Assembly: GCA_051362555.1 (NCBI GenBank)
Contig: CM120641.1
Coordinates: 12,338,001 to 12,402,000, forward strand
From: Lingula anatina
Taxonomy: Eukaryota > Animalia > Brachiopoda
Reading direction: 5' to 3'
Length of the DNA stretch: 64,000 nucleotides
The notes under the pieces were generated by a model. The model was not told where the DNA came from and searched no databases. It saw nothing but the letters and a program-made list of their open reading frames with translations. The translations under genes were made by a program, and so were the position numbers. Shown here piece by piece: positions 45,801 to 58,600 of this stretch; the stretch's first letter is position 1; each line of letters opens with the position of its first letter.

Positions 45801-48800
45801 AGTGGAGAAGAGGTACCTACAATTGACAAAATTGTTAAAGTATGTTGTTGTCTCACAAATTTATGTCCCTCTGTTGTTCCATTTGATTGAAGTGAAGGAA
45901 TGTCTAAGTGTTTGGAAACAATTGAAGCATGTATGCATCTATAACAACAATTTTAGTGAAATAAAAATATGTATTGAAAACCATTTATTTTCTCATTTTT
46001 TTTCTTTAGAAAAACTTTCCTTGATCCTAGTGGACCAAGATTATCAGAATTCCACACAGCTAACATATTTAGCACCGGGCCGTGGTGACTGCAAAAACTG
46101 AATGGCTGAACAACTGAATCCAAGAAAAAAAAGGTTCAATTAGAAGCACCATTGCACTGTAAAAGGTATATTAAGACTAGCACACAAGAACTGAATACTG
46201 GTATCACATCCAAAAAATGGGTAAATAGATGAACACATCCGAACAATCTGTATAACTTTACAATAACTGACATCATATGTTAAAAAGATGTAAGGCATTG
46301 CACAATAAAATGTCAGAATGGACCAAGATTATCAGAATTCCACACAGCTAACATATTTAGCACCGAGCCGTGGTGACTTCAAAAACTGAATGGCTGAACA
46401 TATGAATCCAAGAAAAAAAAAGTTCAATTAGAAGCATCATTGCACTGTAATATGTACATTAAGACTAGCACACAAGAACTGAATACTGGTATCACATCCA
46501 TAAAATGGGTTAACAGAAAAACACATCCGAGCAATCTATATAACTTCACAATTACTGACAGCATATGTTAAAAAGATGTAAGGCATTGCACAATAAAATG
46601 TCAGAATGGACCAAGATTATCAGAATTCCACACAGCTAACATATTTAGCACCGAGCCGTGGTGACTTCAAAAACTGAATGGCTGAACATATGAATCCAAG
46701 AAAAAAAAAGTTCAATTAGAAGCATCACTGCACTGTAATATGTACATTAAGACTAGCACACAAGAACTGAATACTGGTATCATATCCATAAAATGGGTAA
46801 ATAGAAAAACACATCCCGAGCAATCTATATAACTTCACAATAACTGACAGCATTTGTTAAAAAGATGTAAAGTATTGCACAATAACATGTCAGAATGGAC
46901 CAAGATTATCAGAATTCCACACAGCTACACATTTCTACATTTATTGCAAAACCACCTTCCTTTTGGGACTCTCTTCATCTTTATACAACTCATATGGTAC
47001 CACACTGTGCTGCAGTTCTCATTATCGCATGCTACCATCTTGCGACCATCGTCACTTCCATTACAAATACAGTACTTTGGCTCCTGAGAGTTTGAAGAGC
47101 AATTATTGGTCACAACCTCCTTCAACACACGCTTCATGGTAAAATACCCACACAACAATTCAGGCATGACAACCTGCTTATGAAATAATTTTGCTTTTAC
47201 AGAAATAATATCCCATAAACTTTGATCTTTTACTATTCTTTCACAATGCGATGCATATGGGCACCACACAAAAAAATCGCAATAGTCCAAATTTGACATA
47301 AACAGTTGCATTTGAACTTGGTAGTAGTAAGCAGTGTTTTTCTTTAATTTCAGTCCTCCCTCTGTGTTTTCCAACCAGGTCATCTGAATACTGTCTGCTT
47401 CACGCAGGGTAAAAGGGCACTTGATCTCTAAAAGACCCTTCCCACAGCAGTTACACGATACAAACCCATCCGGACTGGCCCCAAACTCTGGGAAGTCTGG
47501 ATTTAATAGAAGTCCAGATCTCTCAACTTGGAAGTCCACATGGAATGGTGCCATGTCCTTGCAGTACTCTTTTCTTGCCACCCTCTCTTTTTTGATGCCC
47601 CACTCTGTTGATGCACTGCTGAAGTATTGTGGATAACACACCGACTTTACAACTGACATAGATGGCTTATCTATGTCTGTGTGTACAGCAGAATACAATT
47701 GTGAAGCAGTAATACGCCCAAGTCTGTATTTCCTCCAGTGAGTCGATTTACACTGGTCCCTTGTGTGCAGTTCAACATGGGCAGCCTCTGCTTCTGTTAC
47801 AGCTATACTGATCCCTGCAGTATGGGCTAGGATATCGTCTATGTTGGAATTGTGAAAGTTTGTGTCTTTTAAAGAAGACAAATCCACTGGCCACTGCCCA
47901 AGAAGAGCTTTTGGCTTGAAAGTGTGGGCAAATTCAGGGTTGATGGCCAATATACTTGCATTACTGACATCTGACTGATACCCTTGAATAAAGCTGTCCA
48001 TTTCATTCTTTGTGGGCGAAGAGAAGTCATCCATTGATGTGGACTCTTTCCTCCTCAAATCCCCTGTTTTTCTTTTTTTGGTAGCTGACTGGAGGTCCAT
48101 ATCCACGATGCGGTGAAATGGGTCTTTCAGGTTGCTGGAAGACGGAGCCATCCAATAGGCAGGGACGTCTGTCACAGTGGTCTCTTTCCTTATTCTGGTC
48201 CATGTTTCTAGGGCAAATAGCATGGCAGCTATATGACTGCAGCTCTCCCCCAGACCAGCCATGCAAGTGCAATGTGCACACTCAATGGACCCCTCTCCTT
48301 TTATGATCACCCAGGGCTCTAAGGGCTTCTCCCTTATGCGCAAAGAATGATGCACCTAAAATGTGAAAAAGGGAAGAATAAGTCATCTTAACATAAACGC
48401 ATGGATAGGTATTAAATCACATATGGGCTTCTTTTACACACGATGGTAACTTCCTGTTATTTTCCACATGAAGCTTTCGTTACTTTAAGTAAAATCTATG
48501 ACATATCGCTGACAAACCATGAAAGCAATTAAGCAAAATGCTGTCTACAGCCTACATGCAGATATGGGGAAACTGCAGGATGGACAGGATCAGACCTGTT
48601 AAAAAGCCACAGGCAGGACCTATAAGATTTTGTTCTGCAGGTCCTCCAGACTGGCAAGGTTTATGGAAAAATACTATATAAACTTTTTTGGAGGTTCTAT
48701 AGATTTTTAGGCAGACCTGTAGATTTTTTGGAGTGTAAGCCATACAGACCTGCAGTATTCTCGCCATGTCTGTACATGGAGTATTCCCCATTAATATATT

Positions 48801-49594
48801 TGGGTCAAAAGTATACAATACATGAAATAATGTCTATTCTTATGAATACATGTAGAAACAAAAATTTAAATCCGTGTTTATGCAAAATATCTTATGAGTA
48901 TTCTTACCTTAGACTTTATTAAGTGAGAGCCATTTATTTCAATGTGCCTCATGTCCTTAATCCAACCGTCTTGGAAAAGTTTGTAGGCCTCCAATGCCTT
49001 GTAATTCCGCAATTCTTCCTTAGTGTATGCAGATCTTTGAAATATCAGAAAGTGAATAACATCTACTAAATTCACCTCTGGCCACGAAGCTTTGTCTGTG
49101 CTGCAATCCTTGGATGACACCGTGTAGGGGTCTACTCCAATTTCCTTTGTCTTCTCATCATATCTTTCTCTCACATCTGCCGGTAAGGACTGTCTGTATA
49201 GATTGGTGTCCTTCTCCATAACAATAACAAGCAAAATAACAAATGAACAACCAACAAGTGAAAATTCAACAATAAAACGATGATTTGTACAGCAAAGCTC
49301 GGCGTGTCGTGCGTGTCGTCTCGATAGCATGGGTAGAAAAATGGCGGTTCACGGGGCATTGTGGGATAGCACACTCGGAGTTGTGACGTCAGTGAAAAGT
49401 AAGGATAGTTGCTAGTAGTGCAACTTATGCTTTAACTTTAAGAATTATGGCTGGATATAGGTTACATATAAAGTTACCTTTTGCTGCTGATACTGCTCCT
49501 TCATGAAATCACTTAGGTCTGAGTTCATCCCTTCTCCATTACTGCTTAACTTTTCATCTTTCGCAGGGGCACCTGTCGGTTTCCCGTCCGCCAT
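42801..49594 (-). CDS. Uncharacterised 120-aa protein. Exons 49594-49478, 43651-43566, 42960-42801; intron 1 hosts the ISL2EU element
   Basis: Three exons with canonical sites and matching phases (0, 2) give an open frame: MADGKPTGAPAKDEK...QQQK/ASGRIAATDAIDEERAAAFYKRAISESSR/MNQEIAK...QPVTQ*. The start context is CAAATGGCG. Confidence 0.75.
44024..45890 (+). CDS. THAP-HTH-DDE (DDE_Tnp_4-type) transposase, about 528 aa. Exons 44024-44243, 44524-45890
   Basis: THAP motif MPICGVVGC...FHKVP...W...VCSKHF...WLPTL. HTH LIKLRMDYAFQDMSVQLNVSVATIHRIF. Catalytic triad in VILDCFE, VMVDRGF and RIHVERVIG. Confidence 0.92.
46031..46927. repeat. Three ~288-bp tandem direct repeats between the convergent transposon genes
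   Basis: TGGACCAAGATTATCAGAATTCCACACAGCTA recurs at 46031, 46319, 46607 and 46896. Confidence 0.95.
46925..49219 (-). CDS. SWIM zinc finger - YqaJ/lambda-exonuclease-like nuclease - ING-type PHD finger protein, about 580 aa. Exons 49219-48908, 48355-46925
   Basis: SWIM CTCMAGLGESCSH. PD-(D/E)XK nuclease motifs RITASQ, ASPDG, LLEIKCP and YYYQVQMQL. C-terminal PHD YCIC...MVACDNENC...WYHMSC...PKGRWFCNKC. Phase-0 GT-AG intron. Confidence 0.9.
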
Positions 49595-49890
49595 TTGTAA
49601 ACAATGCCAAAGCGAGGCTGCAGAGTCGGCAGCCCTTTCAAAGCTCCAGCAAAACAAACATTGTAATCCGTTTCCGCGCCACTCAGTTGAAATATAAACC
49701 ATCACGTGGCAAATAACCCCCTCTCCAGTGTTATTTACAAAGAACTTAAAGGAAGAAATGACAAATTTAAATCGAGTGCTTCAGCGAAGTCGGCATAACT
49801 GGTTGCTAAGTTGATAGCAGAACTCGGCCATATTTGTTTACATGTGACAGGGGGGATCTTCCTATTGAAAAATTAAACTCAATTTTCCTC

Positions 49891-52447
49891 ATGTATTCCG
49901 ACGATGACAGCTCAACAAGCACCCCAAAAGGTGCCTTTGATGTTTATAAAGCCGAGGCAGATGTACTTTTTAAACAAGGAGAATACAAAAAAGCAATAGA
50001 CAGTTACGGGAAGGTATGTATTGATTTGCACTTGGATCTCTGTTGACTTTATCGATGTTTAGTAAATCTTTCTTTATTTCCCTGGCCTGGATAAGTTTAC
50101 TTTGTTCTTAATCTATTTGTTAGGTAAGATATTGGTTGGATCTATCAATTAATCGCATTAGCGCACATACGGTTTATTGACGATGGGGATTTCTGTCAAA
50201 GTTACAGATATCGATCCAATTTTCTGTTTACTCCGGTTATCGGGCGGTAACTACACCTTGAGATATAATTGAAAGAACTTCATGGCTTAGCCATCGTTAC
50301 TAAGACAGAGTAAATCATTTCGTGGATAGGAGTGATTGTTTTCTCATTATCAAGATTTTCGGAATTTGTTTCAAGGGAGAGAGATTTTTCTTCACACAAA
50401 TATTTGAGATCAAAATATTTTGGTATTTCACGTTACCAGTAGGAACATAAAAAAACAAAAGAGAGGATCATTGTTCAAATCAACGTAGAACGTTATTGGC
50501 AATGGCTCCTGGAAGCCCAGAAGTTGGTAAAAGGCTTAGGAAGCCTATGGATAATGAATCTGATTCAGATTCAGGCAGTGAACGCAACACTATTAAATTT
50601 GAGACACTTAGAGATGAAGGGGATCATTTTTTACATGTGTCACTCTTTCAAAAAGCTATCGAGAGCTATACCAAGGTGAGTGCATAATTATCTGCTAAGT
50701 AACAAAAGATGATCCAAGGCTGGATATTCCAGAAACTGACTACTACAATCCTCATAATTATGATAAATGCTATTCTGGAATGCTTTTCTCAACCAGTATA
50801 TGTAGATAGTTTGAACAATTTTAATTGCTATAATTTAGATATCTATAAAGATATTGAAAAATGTTTTTTGTGATTTGGTACTTTTTTCAAAAATTCAATA
50901 GTGCTTCATGCTTGCAATGGCGTCATTTTACAACTGAGGTTAAGAAAGGGGACTGTATGCAGGATTTTGCACTAGAATTTTTCTTTGGATTCACAACCAT
51001 CTATCTGTTGAGTTCAAATCTCAAAGATACACTATGAATATGAATATTGCACATTTTTGTGATCACTTTTTTTTCACATCACACAAGGCAGGTGAACAGG
51101 TCCATGTACAAGAACATTCATTCCTATTTCACTAAGATGCATAGATCCTAATTTTAGCTGTCTAAGGACTATATAAATTATTTGAGTATTAAACAAAGAT
51201 AACTTGCTGTGGGATACTTAAATTAAGACAGGTTAACTAAAAGGAAATTGGAAGATCAAAGACTGCCAGGTCTTAATTGTATTGTCCTTTATGATGTTTG
51301 AACTTACATTAATCAAGAAGTTCCATTGTTGAAACTCCTTGCATTAATTATAACTGTCCCATAATCATATACAGTGTACTGTCATCTTTTTTCCCTAGAA
51401 TACTGAATACTAGTGTGTCAATTATACATGTCTCACACAATGAGGCAAATTTATCAAACATTTTAGTGTCACAAGCTTGCATTTACATAGAAAAGCTTTT
51501 AATACTGCTTCCCTAATCTGTTTATTTTAAGTTTTGGTTAACTGGCTTCTTTAAAAGGAATTGTTTGTTTTCCCCACCCGTAAGCCAGTGCTGCAGTTTA
51601 TAATGGTTTGGTTTCCACTCTCCGCTGCTATTTACCTTTCGTTATGTTACAAGTTTGTTTAAACAAATTGTGCAAATACAAGTTGCTTGGCATTTCATAT
51701 GCAGTGTTTGGAACATCATGAACATATATGAAATTAAGAATAGAAGTTTTAAAACCCTGTCCAAATGTTATGTGTAATTAAGCGTAAAACAAATGCGGGA
51801 AAGGACTTTCTTTTTTAATTTAAACGTTCATACCAGTACATAGATTTTGAGGTAGCCCAAAATTACCAAAATATTTTTTAAATATTGAATGGCGTTATAT
51901 TTTATTAAAATCTTAATTAAAGAGTATTTTTAATGTAATAAATTGTGTTTTCTATTAGTTGCTAGTTATACCCAAAATGTTTTCTCAGGCATCAGTATAA
52001 ACCCCAAAGATAGACACATACTAAGACACACAGACACGCACACATATTGATTATTTTACTTATATATGTACATGTGCTAACTCACCCACTAAATCACTCA
52101 TTGTTTTGTGTGTTATTGTTACAGGCATTAGGATTAAGCCCTAAAGATACTGACACACTGGTGTCCAGGTCAAAGTGTCACCTGCAGCTAGGAAATGCAA
52201 AGGAAGCATTACGAGATGCAGAGGCAGCACTCAGTGAAGACAAGGACTTCCATAAGGTATGTACAGTTAACAACTGGGTGACCACATCATAGTCCACTGT
52301 GTCATCAAGGGGTTGACATGTATATTATGAGACATTATTTTGTTCCTCCTTGTCTTCAATACATGTGCCAATAGGAAAGGCTGCAGTTCTGTGTCATCCT
52401 TTTGTATCGTAAAGTCTATTGAACACATTTGGATTTTCAACTTTGTA

Positions 52448-52483
<36 letters not shown>

Positions 52484-52577
52484 CACTTCAGAATTTTTTA
52501 TATGCAGTCATGATTAGTGAGCTCAGACACTTTTTTATATATGATATATACAGCTTTGTGAATGAAAAAAAAAATTG

Positions 52578-52634
<57 letters not shown>

Positions 52635-55600
52635 CTCCTTTATAGGGTTTGTTTCAAAAAGCAGAGGCCCTTTACCTCATTGGGGACTTTGAGACAGCAC
52701 TTGTTTTTTACCACCGTGGAAATAAACTTCGTCCAGAAAAGCAAGAATTCCGTTTAGGAATCCAGAAATCACAGGAGGCAATTAATAACAGTATTGGCTG
52801 TAAGTGTCATTAATGTTATGAAAAGAATCGGGCAGTGAAATATATTTATTATGTCACATTTATGTTCCAACTTAAATATAGGGGATATTTAATTTTGTAT
52901 GATTGCTTAAATTATTTATATCATTTACCTACTTATTTTTACTTTTTTTTTGGATCATGAATATATTCACTACTTTAAAAAGTTTTTCATAATAATTATT
53001 TTCATAAGTAACAGAATTAAAGTTCATGCATATTGCTTTGTTAAACAATTTATAAAATATGTAATGCACAGGAATGTATGATTCTTTTATGTTTCTTGTG
53101 AAAAACAGGTGACATCGAATGCAAATTGTAACTTTTTTCTTTAACAGCTCCGGAGTCTGTAAAACTAGAGAACAAGGGAGACCTGTCCTTTTTCTTCCAG
53201 AAGGATGAGGTGAGATGATCCAGTAATATTGTGATTGCAATTGCACATATATTCTGCCAGTGAAACTAAAATATTTTAATATTAAAATAATTCAGTCTTA
53301 AAATTGAGACATAAAATATGTTTTGTTTTATGGAACAGAAACGCACTAACAGATCTCTTATAATAAAATACTTTCTGATGCTGGAATATTGATTTTATCA
53401 GTTATAATGGATACTCTGGCTACTGTATAATATGAATGTCTTGTTTATTGTTTGATTTGTTCCTTGTTTAACAGGAGGAAGAAGAGGTAGTGTTAATTTT
53501 CTTGACTTAAGGTTTTACAAAACTGTCTAATGTTTTGCTGTGGATCTTCTGTACTTGCTGGGATTTTTTCAAGGAAAACATTTACAACATTTAAGATATA
53601 TATAATAGCACAAAACTGCTTGATTTGTTCTTTGATTGCCTCATTTTCTCACCTATATTAAAAGTAACTCTTTTCTTGCCTGAAGGGTTATTTTTTTACA
53701 AGGGAAGCTATGTTTCTGGAGCTGAACAGTGTGTGTGTGGGTGTGTGCGTGCTTGTGTGCTTAAGCATTTGGTCTTATGCTTAGCACATTATCATACTTA
53801 TTATTGGAATGTGCAAGCATTTGTGTGACTGGGAGAGTACAGGAAATATATATAAGGATACTTGATCAGATTCTGACAAACTAGAAATTACAATGTAATA
53901 CAGCATTACTTCTTTTTTCCAATCAGTTTGAACATAACACTTTCACACTACTAAATTTATATTAAATTAATACTGTCCATAATCTATTAAGATAAAATCT
54001 TTTGGTTTATTAATCAACTAGCCTATAGTATATGGATGATTGAGAATGAATATTAACTAACTCATTTTCCAGAGGAACAAACCTAAGGGTAGACCTCAGA
54101 GACCTGAGGAGGCTGAAAGAAGGAAACAGGAAGCCAAACAGAGGCAAAGAGCCAGGTCCCAGAAAGATGCTAAGACTGTTAAACAGCTGTTAGGAGAATT
54201 ATATGCTGATAAAGAATTCCTGGAACGATTGTTAGTGGATGAGGGTGAGTTGATGTTCTTAGAGTTGTTTCCTAGTTACTGTTGAGGTGTATTCAAAGCC
54301 ATACTAAATTTAACCAGTACAGTCAGTACATCTAAGGGACCTCATCGATCTCTTATCTTATTGGAGACTTTTTAAAAAATTGAAAATCCTGTGTTAAGCT
54401 ACAATGTATTTAGTCATCTGAGAATATCAGTGAGACATTTTATGGTTAAGGTTTATATGGTTCTAGTGGCACATGCACCTTCTCATAGAAACAATCTCGC
54501 AATGCACATGTAAAACTTTGATGTCTGTGATTGATTTGGTCAGGGTGCTTTTTCTTTAAGTAGTTGATGACATCTTTTGATATTCTGTCAACAGGTCATA
54601 TATTGGTATATTCAGTAATACTAGTATAGAATGTGATTGTTGCATGATATGTAATATTGTTGACTCTGCATGCATGTCAGCTTCTCTACCAGTACGTGCT
54701 CCTTTCCAAATTAGAAAAATATAACAAATGATGCATGTGAAAAAAAATGACCTTAGTTGTCAAATATGTCTTCTTGATGTCTGTTATAAAGAGTACAAAG
54801 AAAAGCTTAGGAATGAGTGTCCTCGCTGCCGTCTTCAAAAGACCAGGTGTATGTGTCTAAAGAGAACCCCCACAGGAACTGGGCGTGTTAGGCACAGGCG
54901 GACCCAGTCAGAACCCATACACACCAAGAAGCCTCTGCCTCCCATTAAACAGAGGAAAGTGACAGACAACAATGAAGGTTCTCAACTCACCATGTTGATT
55001 ATTTGTTCCAATTTTTGTTTTTGTGTTACTGTTTGCTTACTTTGAAATGTGATGTAATGTGTTTCTAATAAAAAAGGGTCTTAATTGAATAAAGAAACAT
55101 TTGACCACCATACCCTTACCTCCACTAAAGCATATTGCATCAAAAAACACTAAAACATTGATTGTTTTCATTTTACTTTGGCATGTCTCTGTCATGTTTT
55201 TCACCCTTATTTAGGTAATATATTGATATATCTTTGCTCTCTCTGACTCTGTCCTTGTGAAACACTATGCTTGAGATATTTTGTTTACAGGGTGTGTGTC
55301 AACCAGTTGGCAGAGCTGTCATGCTGGTTTTTATTGATTTATTGCCTATTATATGCTTGTCACCAGAGGGCAGAGCTGTCCTGCTGGTTTTTCTGTTAAA
55401 CAGGCAATGAACTTCCAGCATTTATTTTCATTGGATTTTATATAGAAATGCTTAATAGTCTGATTTCTTAAAATGTATCATGAAATTACTTAAATGGCTC
55501 ATTACAGGATTGTTTACAGGATATAGATATACATTATTAAACCTGAGATGCCCCAGGGCCTGTAATATTTACTTTCTAATGTAGACACCAATATAGTATT

Positions 55601-58600
55601 GTAATATTTATTTTCTAATTTAGACACCAATATAATATTGTAATGTTTACTTTTTAACTTAGGCACCAATATAATATTATGTTTACTTCCTGTTGTAAGC
55701 ACCAATATAATATTTTTATCATGATAAAAAGTATTCACAAATTTCTCCTTAATTGTTGGCCAATTCTGGTATCTAATTCAGATTATATCTTTAACTCAGA
55801 AAACCTAAAATTTAGTGTTCCCTCACAATACCAAGTGTTTTAAAATGCATATCTCACATCTTTTGCTGATAGCCTTCACTAGACAAACCAAGACCAACAT
55901 GACTATACGTCAACTAGCCGAAGATGGTCTGGACTACCTGGACACCCGGACAGACTTCTGGCTACAGCAGAAACCCATCTATGCCAGGAAGAGGGACAAA
56001 CTGCTGAGAGATGGGAAAGTAGGAAAAGGAAAGCAATCAAATCCGACCAAATATATTTTGAATAACTTAGAGAAGATAGATGAAGGTAAGGGCCACAGAA
56101 TGAGTGCATTCTTGATGATAGTGATAAAATAACTAACAAATAAAACCCTTTTTTTAATAAAAATAATCAGAAAAGATAAAAGATTTTATTGATATTTATT
56201 CTAAAACTTACTTCTTTAACGTTTATATATTCCATTGTATTTTTTTGAAGTCGGGTTGTTCTTCAAAAAGTACAGGTATATGTAAGTATCTACAGATTCC
56301 TTTTTTGCAGACAAGTGCAACAACCAGCAATCACATTCTAATACATTTTCAGCTCAGAATAAAGGAAAACATGAGGAGAGTTTGAAACTTTCCAAGAAAC
56401 TGCTAAAGTCACTTGACCACATGTCTGACAGTGATGTCAAGAATAAACCAGATATCCTGGCCAATATCCACAGCTGTACTGGCAATGCATATCTGGAGCT
56501 GAACCAGTATCCACAGGCTCTGGAACATCACCAGAAAGACTACGATCTGGCAGAAGAACAGTGAGTTACATTATCTCATTTCTCACTTGTAATTCTAGTA
56601 TCTTTAGAGTTCTTTTAGCAAATGGCATACTTTCAGTTTCAATTGAGTTGAGATTGTTGTTAGATCAATCAAACAATGCAATTTACGTACATTATAAAAA
56701 GCTAAACCTTTATTGCTAGTATAGGAAATATACATATTGTTTGAAATTGATTTTTTAGTATTATTTGTTTAATTATTTTATATTTCAGTGAACTGCCTGA
56801 GGCAAAATCCCGTGCCATGGATAACTTAGGTCGGGTATATGCCAGGATGGGAGAGTTCCAGAAGGCTATCGATATGTGAGTCACATATGGGGAGCATGTA
56901 ACTTACTTAAAAACCTTGAGCTATATAGAAATACATTTTAATATTTGGATATTAGGTACTAAATTCAGCAATGTTTTCATATTCAAATGACTTCTTATTT
57001 TGCTCTAGTCTACTTAGATTTCTCCTCAAATATTTAAGATGAATTAGTATTAGAGTTTTAACACAGAAAATAGAAATGTTATCAATAATACATGCATTTC
57101 ATACATATGGGTGTTGCAAAAACTTTTACTCATTTGCCAGATTGGGCAGGGAAAGATATTATTGAATTATTCAAAGGAAAGAATAGCTTATCCAGTAGGT
57201 CTCAGACTGGCAAAGCTCTGACCAAAGCAGAGAAATGTTCAATCTGCTGCACCTTTATAGTCTTGGAACAGGCAACTTAGAGAAATCAATGCTAATACCT
57301 GACACACTATATTCTCTGTAATTGTAGCTGGGAACAGAAGCTTCCACTGAGCAGCAGTCCTTTAGAGAGCACCTGGCTGAACCATGAAGTGGGGAGGTGC
57401 CTCCTGGAGCTGGGGAAGAACAAGGAGGCTAAGGACTATGGAGAGAAGTCCCTTGCTGACGCCAAGGAATGTGATGATGGAATATGGCAGCTTAATGCCA
57501 GTGTCCTCATAGCTCAATCAGAAGGTGAGACTAGGACCTTGATAGCTTGAAGTATATGTTTTATATCTATATCTGCCATATCAAAAATATTTACAGTAAA
57601 GATTATTTAATCTTACTGCATGAAGAAATGAAGAAATGTAAGATGTTCACTATCATTAGCCATTAGATTGTGATTTGGAGGAAAACTTTTGGAATGCTTG
57701 CATTTACACCAAATGCTACACACATCTGCATATGCCTTAATTATAAGTGAGATTTTTTTTATGTAGATGGATTTTGATATATTTTTCCTTCTTTGCAGCA
57801 AAACTTGGTGATTACCAGGCAGCTTTAAATGCCTTTGAGCGTTCACACGATTTGGCGCGACAACAGGGAGACCGTGCAGCAGAGGTGGCAATTGAAAAAG
57901 CTAAAGAGGAGATCAATGAGAAGGTTCTAAAAGGTGGTGTAATTGTTACATCTGCATCTTATTTTTATACTTTTTTTAAAAGAAACAAACCTATAGTTTC
58001 ACAGTCAGTTAATTCTTACGGTTAACATGCCCTAATTTTGTGTACATCACCTGTTTTATCTGGAATGTTACTCTTCTCATAATTTACCCCCACTCTTATC
58101 AGTCTTATCAAAATGCTTGAAGACCTATCACACCTAACACACCCTGTATAACATTCCCTAAGACACTCTTACACTATAGATTGCCTTGCATACTTTAAGA
58201 AATTATATTGTGTGCAATTTAGGTGAAATACAGGTGTGATAATGCAGTGTTTGGTCTCTTTATGCCTTTAGTTTATTTTTGATAAATTTGCATTTGTTTC
58301 TTTTTGAGAGCATTTTCTTCTGTTTTAAATTTATTTTTGTTTTGCATGCATTTTGTTTCTATCACAGCTGTTGATTCCTCAGACAGAGGCAGTGTCAGAA
58401 GTGCTAGTCCAGAGAGAAAAAGTGTCAAAGATGGTCATAGTTCAGATGAAGATGATAGCAAAAGTCAGAAAAGTGCAAAAAGTGAAACTAAATCTAAAAC
58501 TAGTGAAAAAGGTGACACTAGCCCAAGGTCAGAGAAGGGCCAGAAGGAGAAGGAGGAGGAGGATAATCAAAGTGAACAAGGTAGATTTATAGACGTAAAT

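Larger units (their letters stand above)
43899..49404. mobile_element. Autonomous ISL2EU (PHIS superfamily) DNA transposon, 5.5 kb
   Basis: TIRs CCTTACTTTTCAC(A)TGACGTCA / TGACGTCAGTGAAAAGTAAGG with AT on both flanks. Two convergent intact spliced genes (DDE transposase and YqaJ nuclease), the known ISL2EU organisation. Confidence 0.88.

Noticed and set aside
48550-48800. Degenerate inverted repeat in the YqaJ-gene intron
   Set aside because: Too diverged to define termini or a TSD.
46925-49219. YqaJ gene as phage or bacterial contamination, or recent horizontal transfer
   Set aside because: It has a spliceosomal intron and a eukaryotic PHD finger, and it lies within ISL2EU TIRs.
49408-49820. 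RFX X-box-like motifs (GTTGCTAGTAGTGCAAC, GTTGCTAAG) near the TTC25 promoter
   Set aside because: Plausible for a cilia gene, but the spacing is non-canonical or only a half-site, so it is not supportable from sequence alone.
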